A stretch of 42,676 bases of DNA. Source: Rhodothermales bacterium. Its GTDB lineage: Bacteria; Bacteroidota; Rhodothermia; Rhodothermales; VXPQ01. Made by a program: the position numbers and the translations under genes. Where the stretch lies: NCBI GenBank assembly GCA_040904565.1, contig JBBDTI010000034.1:1-42676 (forward strand), given 5' to 3'. Positions 35,146-42,676 of this stretch are shown one piece after another. The notes beneath the pieces were generated by a model. It was given only the letters and a program-made list of their open reading frames with translations. It had not been told where the DNA came from and searched no databases. Each line of letters opens with the position of its first letter. Position 1 is the stretch's first letter.

Positions 35146-38100
35146 ATGCTTGAAAAGATCATTGAAGCGTCGGTCAACAACCGGCTACTCGTCATCATCT
35201 TCACCGTCCTCATCGTGGCGGGCGGCATTTACGCGGTGCTCAACACGCCGATCGACGCCATACCCGACCTGAGCGACGTCCAGGTTATCGTGTTCACGGA
35301 ATATCCCGGCCAGGCTCCGCAGGTCGTCGAGGATCAGGTCACCTATCCCCTCACGACTTCGATGCTCGCCGTGCCGTATGCCAAGGTCGTGCGCGGCTAC
35401 TCCTTTTTCGGCTATTCGTTCGTCTACATCATCTTCGAGGACGGTACGGACATGTACTGGGCGCGCAGCCGCGTCCTGGAGTACCTGAACTACGTATCCA
35501 GCCGGCTGCCCGAGGGCGTCACGCCCACGCTGGGCCCGGACGCGACGGGAGTGGGATGGGTCTATGAATACACGCTCGACGGCGGCGACCAATACGACCT
35601 TCAGGAGCTCAGGTCGATTCAGGACTGGTTTCTGCGATATGAGCTGACGAGCGTGCCGGGCGTGGCCGAGGTAGCCGGCGTGGGCGGATTCGTCAAGCAG
35701 TACCAGGTGGAAGTGGACCCGAATAAACTCGTCGCCTACGACATTCCCATCACGAAGGTGCGGGCGGCCATCCGGAACGGAAATACGGATGTCGGAGCAA
35801 AGCTCATCGAGTCGGGCGAAACCGAGTATATGGTCCGCGGGCTGGGCTATATCGAGACGGAGGCCGACATCGAAAACATTCCGCTGGGCGTCCACTCGGA
35901 TGGGACACCCGTCCTGGTGAAGAATGTCGGAACCGTATCTCTCGGTCCGGAGCTGCGGCGCGGGCTGGCCGAGTGGAACGGAGAAGGCGAAACGGTCGGC
36001 GGCATCGTAATCATCCGCTACGGCGAAAACGCGCTCGCCACCATCAATCGCGTCAAGGCCAAGCTGGCCGAGCTCGAGTCTGGGCTTCCGCCCGGCGTCA
36101 CCATCCGGACGGCCTACGATCGCAGTGGCCTTATCGAACGGGCCATCGACAACCTTACGGGCAAGCTGCTCGAGGAAAGCATCGTGGTGGCCATCGTCTG
36201 TCTCATCTTCCTCCTGCACGCGCGCAGTGCATTCGTCGCGATCTTTACGCTGCCCGTCGGCATCCTGATGGCCTTCATCGTGATGTACTTCCAGGGTATC
36301 AACGCGAACATCATGTCGCTGGGGGGCATCGCGATCGCCATCGGAGCCATGGTCGACGCGGCCATCGTAATGATCGAGAACGCGCACAAGCATCTCGAGC
36401 GCGATCGAGGAAAGAAGGATCACTGGCGGATCATTATCGACGCTTCGAAGGAAGTCGGTCCCGCCCTCTTCTTTTCTCTTCTCATCATCACTCTCTCCTT
36501 CCTGCCCGTCTTCACCCTTCAGGCACAGGAAGGCCGGATGTTCAAACCCCTTGCTTATACGAAGACGTACGCCATGGCGGCGGCCGCCCTTTTATCGATC
36601 ACGGTCGTGCCCATTCTGATGGGCTACTGGATCAAGGGTCGCATTCTCGCTGAGGACAGGAATCCGATCAACCGGTTCCTTATCCGAACCTACCGTCCCG
36701 TCATCAACTTCGTCCTCCGTTTCAAATGGTCGACCCTCCTGGTGGGCGTGCTGATCCTGCTGAGCGCGCTGTATCCGCTGCGGAGGATCGGGTCGGAATT
36801 CATGCCGCCGCTCTACGAGGGCGATCTCCTCTACATGCCCACGACGGATCCGGGGCTGAGTATCACCAAAGCGCGGGAGCTGCTCCAGCAGACCGACAAG
36901 ATCATCAAAACGTTTCCCGAGGTGGAATCGGTCTTCGGCAAGGCGGGTCGCGCGGAGACGGCTACCGATCCAGCACCGCTCTCCATGTTCGAGACGATCA
37001 TCAGGCTGAAGCCCGAGGATCAGTGGCGAGAAGGCATGACGAGCGAGAAACTGGTCGAGGAGATGGACGCAGCCATCAACTACCCGGGTCTGACCAATGC
37101 TTGGACGATGCCGATCAAGACGCGCATCGACATGCTCTCGACCGGTATCAAGACACCCGTCGGCATCAAGGTGATGGGGCCGAATTTGCAGACGCTCGCC
37201 GACCTCGGTCAGGAGATCGAATCCGTCGTGCGTGACGTACCCGGCACGCTGAGCGTCTTCGCGGACAAAGCGGTCGGTGGAAATTTCTACGACTTCAAGA
37301 TCAATCGAGCTGAGGCCGCTCGCTACGGCCTGCCCGTCGAAGACGTGCAGAACGTCATCATGTCAGCGATTGGCGGCATGAACGTCACGTCGACCGTGGA
37401 GGGGCTGGAGCGCTATCCCGTCAACGTCCGTTACAGCCGCGAGCTGCGCGACAACCTCGACGATCTGCGCCGCGTGATGATCCGCACACCCGTCGGCACG
37501 GACATCCCGCTGCACTACGTGGCGGACTTGCAAATCAGGAAGGGCCCTCCGGTCATCAAGAGTGAAAATGCCCGACGGACGGCGTGGCTCTACGTGGATC
37601 TGCGCGGCATCGACGTTGGAACGTACGTCAAGAATGCCAGGGAGGTCGTCGATGCGCAGATCGACCTGCCGGAGGGCTACAGCATCGTCTGGAGCGGTCA
37701 ATACGAGTACATGCAGCGGGCACAGGAAAGGCTTCGCCTGGTTATCCCCATCACGCTCCTCATCATCTTCCTCCTGCTTTACTTCAACTTCAAGAACGTT
37801 CAGGAGAGTCTGATCGTCATGCTCTCCCTCCCGTTCTCGCTCGTGGGGGGCATCTGGCTGCTCTACATCCTGGACTATAACCTCAGCGTGGCCGTCGGCG
37901 TCGGCTTTATCGCGCTGGCCGGCGTCGCGGCTGAGATTGGCGTCATCATGCTGACCTATCTCGACTCGGCATTCAACGAGAAACGCTTGCACGGCGAAAT
38001 GCTCAGCCTCCGGGATCTTAAGGACGCGATCATGAAGGGCACGGCCATGCGCATCCGGCCGATCTTCATGACCGTCACGGCCATAACCGCGGGCCTCGTA

Positions 38101-38298
38101 CCCATCATGTGGGGCCATGGCGCGGGATCGGACGTCATGAAGCGCATTGCCGCGCCGATGGTCGGAGGCATGATCTCAACGACGATCCTCAGCCTGATCG
38201 TCATCCCGACGATCTATTATCTCTGGAGGACGCGCCACGTTAAACGCATTGCCGCCGAAGTACACACGGAACAGGATGAGAGCCATGAAGGAAATTAA
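35146..38298 (+). CDS. cusA: CusA/CzcA family heavy-metal efflux RND transporter (Cu/Ag type)
   Basis: DAIPDLSDVQV, YWARSRVLEYL, GPDATGVGWV, AIGAMVDAA; Met residues in LYMPTT, LSMFET and RIDMLSTG match the CusA Met triad. Confidence 0.96.
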   Translation: MLEKIIEASVNNRLLVIIFTVLIVAGGIYAVLNTPIDAIPDLSDVQVIVFTEYPGQAPQVVEDQVTYPLTTSMLAVPYAKVVRGYSFFGYSFVYIIFEDGTDMYWARSRVLEYLNYVSSRLPEGVTPTLGPDATGVGWVYEYTLDGGDQYDLQELRSIQDWFLRYELTSVPGVAEVAGVGGFVKQYQVEVDPNKLVAYDIPITKVRAAIRNGNTDVGAKLIESGETEYMVRGLGYIETEADIENIPLGVHSDGTPVLVKNVGTVSLGPELRRGLAEWNGEGETVGGIVIIRYGENALATINRVKAKLAELESGLPPGVTIRTAYDRSGLIERAIDNLTGKLLEESIVVAIVCLIFLLHARSAFVAIFTLPVGILMAFIVMYFQGINANIMSLGGIAIAIGAMVDAAIVMIENAHKHLERDRGKKDHWRIIIDASKEVGPALFFSLLIITLSFLPVFTLQAQEGRMFKPLAYTKTYAMAAAALLSITVVPILMGYWIKGRILAEDRNPINRFLIRTYRPVINFVLRFKWSTLLVGVLILLSALYPLRRIGSEFMPPLYEGDLLYMPTTDPGLSITKARELLQQTDKIIKTFPEVESVFGKAGRAETATDPAPLSMFETIIRLKPEDQWREGMTSEKLVEEMDAAINYPGLTNAWTMPIKTRIDMLSTGIKTPVGIKVMGPNLQTLADLGQEIESVVRDVPGTLSVFADKAVGGNFYDFKINRAEAARYGLPVEDVQNVIMSAIGGMNVTSTVEGLERYPVNVRYSRELRDNLDDLRRVMIRTPVGTDIPLHYVADLQIRKGPPVIKSENARRTAWLYVDLRGIDVGTYVKNAREVVDAQIDLPEGYSIVWSGQYEYMQRAQERLRLVIPITLLIIFLLLYFNFKNVQESLIVMLSLPFSLVGGIWLLYILDYNLSVAVGVGFIALAGVAAEIGVIMLTYLDSAFNEKRLHGEMLSLRDLKDAIMKGTAMRIRPIFMTVTAITAGLVPIMWGHGAGSDVMKRIAAPMVGGMISTTILSLIVIPTIYYLWRTRHVKRIAAEVHTEQDESHEGN

Positions 38299-38623
38299 AG
38301 CCTACGTCCGCTGCGAAAAGGTCGACGAAGTCATTGACGCGCTTGAACGAGTCGGCATTGAGGGCATCACCGTCATCGACGTAATGGGACTCGGAGTGCT
38401 CGCCGATCCTCATTCCTCGAAATATTCCATGGAGTGCGTGGAACGGTACTCGAAGATCGCAAAGCTCGAAGTCGTCGCTCGCAACGAAGACGTACACCGG
38501 ATCGTCGAGACCGTGCGCGAGAGCGCCTATACCGGCACTCGCGGAGACGGCCTCATCTTCGTCACTGCCGTCGAGATGGCCGTAAAAGTGCGCACCGGTG
38601 CGGTGGGTGAGGCAGGATTATAA
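38285..38623 (+). CDS. P-II family protein
   Basis: MKEIKAYVR...KLEVV...AYTGTRGDGLIFV...KVRTG; overlaps the end of cusA. Confidence 0.88.
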   Translation: MKEIKAYVRCEKVDEVIDALERVGIEGITVIDVMGLGVLADPHSSKYSMECVERYSKIAKLEVVARNEDVHRIVETVRESAYTGTRGDGLIFVTAVEMAVKVRTGAVGEAGL

Positions 38624-38676
38624 AGAGGATTTCGCCACGGCTCGAACTACACGCTTGATTTTACGGAGGAACCAAG

Positions 38677-38904
38677 ATGACTGCAATCGACCCGGTATGT
38701 GGAATGGCCGTCGATACGTCGAACCCACCCGCACACATCCAGCACGAAGGTGACACGGTCTACTTCTGCAGCGAAGCGTGCCGATCTACATTCGCGTGCG
38801 AGCATGGCCTGCCGGCGTCAACTGACCGGCCGAAATCGGACGCTCGAACCTCGCGGGAAGAGCAAGACCGGGACCCCGCGACGGGACCGGCAGGCACGTC
38901 ATGA
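38677..38904 (+). CDS. YHS domain protein
   Basis: GGAGG RBS; IDPVCGMAV...HEGDTVYFCSEACRSTF. Confidence 0.85.
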   Translation: MTAIDPVCGMAVDTSNPPAHIQHEGDTVYFCSEACRSTFACEHGLPASTDRPKSDARTSREEQDRDPATGPAGTS

Positions 38905-39001
38905 CCGAGCGGGCGGCGAAGATCTCGGTTTGCATATCTCGCACGCGCGTGAGAAATTGCGCATCGGGTTGATTCCATTCCCGAGTGACGTTCTGACTGT
39001 C

Positions 39002-40711
39002 ATGGCTTCCGCACCCTACATTATACAGCAAGAAGAAGTTGATGCCATCGTCGTCGGATCCGGCATCTCCGGTGGCTGGGCCGCGAAGGAGCTCTGCGAG
39101 AAAGGGCTCAACACACTCGTCCTGGAACGTGGTCGACACGTCGAACATGGTACGGACTACGTCACGGAGCATATGCCGCCGTGGGAGATGGACCTTCAAG
39201 GTGAGGATAACCTTCGGGAGATCGCCGAAGAATACCCCATGCAGTCGCAGGGACCGCTCAATCCCTATACGAAGCATTTCTACGTCAAGGACAGCGAGCA
39301 TCCGTACCTGACAGAGGAAGGCAAGCCATACCTCTGGATTCGCGGGTATCACCTCGGCGGGCGATCCATTACGTGGGGTCGACAGGTGTACCGCTGGAGC
39401 GACCTCGACTTCACGGCCAACCTGCGGGAAGGCATCGCCGTCGACTGGCCGATTCGCTACGACGACGTCAAAGACTGGTATACGTACGTCGAGCGATTCA
39501 TTGGCGTGACCGGCCAGGCAGAGGGACTCGCACACCTTCCAGATGGTGATTTCCTCCCTCCGATGGAGATGACATGCGTTGAGGCCATGGCCAAGGAGAG
39601 GGTCGAAGCCGCCTTCCCCGAACGCAAGATCATCCACGGCCGGGCCGCCATACTGACCGTGCCGCACAACGGACGAGCCGCGTGCCACTATTGCGGTCCG
39701 TGCGATCGCGGCTGCTCGACGGCGTCCTATTTCTCGAGCCTGGGTTCAACCCTCCCGGCCGCAGAGGCCACGGGCAATCTGACGATTCAGACGGACGCGA
39801 TCGTGCACAGCATCATCTACGACGCCCAGCGCGGCCGCGCCGTCGGCGTTAGGGTCGTCGATCGGCTGACGAATGAGATGCGTGAATACTACAGCCGACT
39901 CGTGTTTCTGTGCGCATCTTGCCTGGGATCCACACAGATTCTGCTCAACTCCACCTCGCCGACCTTCCCGAACGGACTCGGAAACTCCAGCGGCGTCCTC
40001 GGGCACTACCTGATGGACCATCATTTCAGGGCTGGGGCGACCGCTACATTCGACGGTTTTGAAGAACGTTACACATTCGGACAGCGGCCTAACGGCACCT
40101 ACATCCCTCGCTTCCGGAATATCAGTCCGGAGACAAAGCAACAGGACTTCCTGCGAGGTTACGGGTACGAGGCCGGGGCCAGCCGAGCATCGTGGCAACG
40201 TGCCACGCACCTGCAGGGCTTCGGCGCCGCCTTCAAGCATGCCATGCGAGATCCGGGACGCTGGTCGTTCTGGATGACGGCGTTCGGCGAGACGCTGCCA
40301 CGGTACGAAAACTACGTCGAGCTCGATCCGGATGTGAAGGATCAGTGGGGCATCCCCGTTCTAAAATTCCATGCGGATCTGGGGCCCAACGAAGAGGCCA
40401 TGCGCGAGGATATGGCCATCGCCGGAGCCGAAATGCTCGAAGCCGCGGGCGGTAAGAACGTCACGCCGTACATCGACGAATACAAACCCGGCGAAGGTAT
40501 CCACGAGATGGGTACCGCGCGCATGGGCCGCGATCCGGCCACGTCGATTCTCAACGGGCACAACCAGATTCATTCCGTCCCGAACGTATTCGTCACCGAC
40601 GGTGCCTGTATGACCTCCTCGTCATGCCAGAACCCCTCCATCACGTACATGACGCTTACGGCCCGTGCGGTCGACTACGCCGTACAGGAAATGAACCGTG
40701 GGAATCTCTAA
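39002..40711 (+). CDS. GMC family FAD oxidoreductase (sugar/glycoside dehydrogenase large subunit)
   Basis: IVVGSGISGGWAAKEL, LGGRSITWG, CHYCGPCDRGC cluster, LGHYLMDH, IHEMGTARMG, QNPSITYM. Confidence 0.92.
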   Translation: MASAPYIIQQEEVDAIVVGSGISGGWAAKELCEKGLNTLVLERGRHVEHGTDYVTEHMPPWEMDLQGEDNLREIAEEYPMQSQGPLNPYTKHFYVKDSEHPYLTEEGKPYLWIRGYHLGGRSITWGRQVYRWSDLDFTANLREGIAVDWPIRYDDVKDWYTYVERFIGVTGQAEGLAHLPDGDFLPPMEMTCVEAMAKERVEAAFPERKIIHGRAAILTVPHNGRAACHYCGPCDRGCSTASYFSSLGSTLPAAEATGNLTIQTDAIVHSIIYDAQRGRAVGVRVVDRLTNEMREYYSRLVFLCASCLGSTQILLNSTSPTFPNGLGNSSGVLGHYLMDHHFRAGATATFDGFEERYTFGQRPNGTYIPRFRNISPETKQQDFLRGYGYEAGASRASWQRATHLQGFGAAFKHAMRDPGRWSFWMTAFGETLPRYENYVELDPDVKDQWGIPVLKFHADLGPNEEAMREDMAIAGAEMLEAAGGKNVTPYIDEYKPGEGIHEMGTARMGRDPATSILNGHNQIHSVPNVFVTDGACMTSSSCQNPSITYMTLTARAVDYAVQEMNRGNL

Positions 40712-40745
40712 CATTGTATCGCCTCTTAACGTGGACACGAGGAAG

Positions 40746-41318
40746 ATGAATCGCCGGGAAGCTGTCAGGCGCATGACCGCACTCATGGGGGGCGTCCTCT
40801 CCGCACCCACCGTTGCGGGCATCCTCAGTGGGTGCACCGCGTCGACGGACGCGGCGTGGACCCCCGCGACGCTCACTTCCCATCAGAACGACATCGTCAC
40901 GGCCATCGCGGAGCGTATCATTCCGGCGACGGATACGCCGGGCGCCGAAGCGGCGCACGTCAATCGATTTATCGACGCGATGCTGACAGAGAGTTGGTTT
41001 CAGGAGCAGGTGGATGCATTTACGACCGGAATCGACTGCGTCGACGATCGGGCAGAGCGCGATTTCGGAAGTGATTATCTCAATCTATCGGACGAGAATC
41101 AGATTGCCCTTTTGACGGCTCTCGACGACGAGGCGTTCGGGCCCGATGCTGCATTCGACAGCGACGCCCCTCCCTTCTTCCGGATCATGAAGGAGCTGAC
41201 GGTTGTAGGCTACTATACGTCCGAAATAGGTGCCTCTCAGGAACTTCAGATCAACATGGTCCCCGGCCGTTGGGACGGATGCGTTCCGCTATCGGACGTC
41301 GGACGCGCGTGGGCCTGA
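40746..41318 (+). CDS. Gluconate 2-dehydrogenase subunit 3 family protein (Tat/lipoprotein signal)
   Basis: MNRREAVRR...LSGC, IIPATDTPGA, KELTVVGYYTSEIGA, PGRWDGC. Confidence 0.9.
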   Translation: MNRREAVRRMTALMGGVLSAPTVAGILSGCTASTDAAWTPATLTSHQNDIVTAIAERIIPATDTPGAEAAHVNRFIDAMLTESWFQEQVDAFTTGIDCVDDRAERDFGSDYLNLSDENQIALLTALDDEAFGPDAAFDSDAPPFFRIMKELTVVGYYTSEIGASQELQINMVPGRWDGCVPLSDVGRAWA

Positions 41319-41379
41319 CCCCCGTATGCCACCGCATTATGTGAAGATCAAGACCGTGGTTCGATGGCGAGGTGCGTAT

Positions 41380-41710
41380 ATGATGTCGCGCAGCGTGATC
41401 GGTGTTGCGACCCTTATATTTGGTCTCACGGCCGAGGCCCAGGACGTATCGCAGAGAATCGAGTCCTACCTGCAAACATTTCACATATACCGCCTCTTCA
41501 ACGGATCCGTCCTTGTGGCGGAAAAAGGTGAGGTCATCTACGAGGACGGATTCGGTCGTCCGAATATGGCGTGGGACGTGCCGAATTCGAGCCATACGAA
41601 GCATCGTATCGCCTCCACGACGAAGCAATTTACAGCAGCACTCGTCCTTTAGCAGGTCGAAACGGGAGAGCTCGATCTAAATGTAAGGTGGCCGAATATC
41701 TACCCTGGAA
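41380..41710 (+). pseudogene. Serine hydrolase (beta-lactamase class C-like) fragment
   Basis: Signal peptide, FNGSVLVA, RIASTTKQFTA (SxxK), TAG at 41650-41652 followed by QVETGELDL, then a frameshift (KVAEYLP) and loss of similarity. Confidence 0.78.
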
Positions 41711-41867
41711 TCGGACTGTGTGGTGGCTGAAACCATCTCTCTTCCCCTGACGGAGCTGCTGGATCCGGGGAATCCTCCTCCGTCCGAAGTTCGCGTTAGC
41801 ACCGGGGCCATGACTGCGCTCCTCGTGCGACGTAGCGCAGTTCTTCGCCGGTAACCGATAGAATTTG

Positions 41868-42191
41868 TCACCAGATATCGGGAGTATCTGGGGGATCAGA
41901 CACGGGCACTGACTGGGGACCCATACTACCAAGAACGGTGTCGATGTGGAATGCAAAACCAAGATACCACTTTAAGAAGCGCCGCGAATGCTCTTCGCTG
42001 CCTATTCCTGTCGACAAACTTGGCGAAAATGAAATGACCCGCTCACCAGCGAGATCCGCGGCGACGACAGAAAGATTAGAGATGCTGACAATGGCCTCAT
42101 CCCCTCCGTATCTGGCATGGAAGTGCGGAGGATTGTGATCGTCAAAGAACATGCGTATGACGATCCCATAGAACCGGCTCAGTTCAGGCAT
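41868..42191 (-). pseudogene. DUF4160 domain protein, probably 3'-truncated
   Basis: MPELSRFYGIVIRMFFDDHNPPHFHARY is the typical N-terminus; the sequence no longer resembles the family after about residue 47. Confidence 0.7.
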
Positions 42192-42474
42192 GAGACGCAG
42201 GCGTACCGAGACCGGGAAATACGTCTTCGGGTTCTTGGCCGGTGAGCTTCAAATAGAGTGTATCAGCGCATAGGTCCACATCATCTCCACACGAGAGATC
42301 GCCGGCGTCTCCAATGCGAACAGATTTGAAAACGCCAGGCTCCGCCCACGCCCTGAAAACACCTCTTCCGACGGGATGCGAAACGTCAACTTCGCCTTCC
42401 GTTCCGTCAGCATAGCGGAGATGCAGACGGTACTCGGGTAACGCTTTCGCCTCAGCCAGCGAGAAGATGGCCAT
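42184..42474 (-). CDS. DUF2442 domain protein (putative antitoxin)
   Basis: YRLHLRYADGTEGEVDVS...GVF...FKSVRI...DVDLCADTLY; overlaps the DUF4160 start. Confidence 0.8.
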   Translation of the reverse strand: MAIFSLAEAKALPEYRLHLRYADGTEGEVDVSHPVGRGVFRAWAEPGVFKSVRIGDAGDLSCGDDVDLCADTLYLKLTGQEPEDVFPGLGTPASHA

Positions 42475-42676
42475 CGTAGGATTCAAGTCGGTGTGAGTTA
42501 ATGGTTGGACTCACTTGCAGCATCGTTCGTTTCGGAGGAAGATCCTGATCCGAAGAGCAGCTGCGCTGAAAGACATGCAACAGCTCGCGGGTCAACGGCG
42601 CCGAAAGTCGCTTCCAAATTACGAAGTAGTGTTGATGCTCAGCATCTAGCCAGAGAGCTTCGACTTGAGCTCATCA

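Noticed and set aside
21854-38118. Long antisense ORFs (21854-23608, 35185-36423, 37363-38118 and similar)
   Set aside because: Shadow frames of well-supported plus-strand genes with no recognisable motifs.
39002-41318. GMC dehydrogenase pair as part of the copper regulon
   Set aside because: No promoter motif upstream; a common sugar-oxidation pair, more likely flanking host DNA.
12706-41652. In-frame TAG codons at 12706 and 41650 as pyrrolysine or stop recoding
   Set aside because: Both genes carry other lesions, TAG terminates intact genes here (for example at 1956 and 3650), and single substitutions from TGG or CAG explain them.
42647-42676. Possible 3' end of a minus-strand gene (DELKSKLSG*)
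   Set aside because: Too short to support at the window edge.

Overview
GC-rich bacterial DNA, most likely Rhodothermota/Bacteroidota-related (inferred from a T9SS type A sorting-domain protein). About 1-38.9 kb is a copper/heavy-metal accessory island. It carries a CPH-type and a CPC-type P1B ATPase, a CupA-like cupredoxin, a CusCBA-like RND pump flanked by two P-II-like genes, and a YHS protein. These are mixed with unexpected cargo: porin plus diheme cytochrome c, FAD oxidoreductase, cfa, UbiB/AarF kinase, archaeal-type GAPDH, ICMT-like and lycopene-cyclase-domain membrane proteins, three USP genes, two SPW proteins, an ion antiporter and GH57. The main unexplained structure is a promoter element found 12 times between 8.7 and 32.2 kb: CTKAA-N6-TTMAG-N6-TTMAG-N6-TTMAG-N11-(-10-like hexamer ending in T). 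It always faces a downstream gene and suggests one regulon controlled by a regulator not encoded in this window. The island is decaying, with deletion chimeras (treT/galT, ftsH/YHS), an htrA missing its catalytic serine segment, and broken cupredoxin and YceI genes. The right end holds a GMC dehydrogenase pair, a serine-hydrolase pseudogene and a DUF2442/DUF4160 pair. No rRNA, tRNA, CRISPR array, integrase or transposase was recognised. All family calls are from motif recognition, not database searches.
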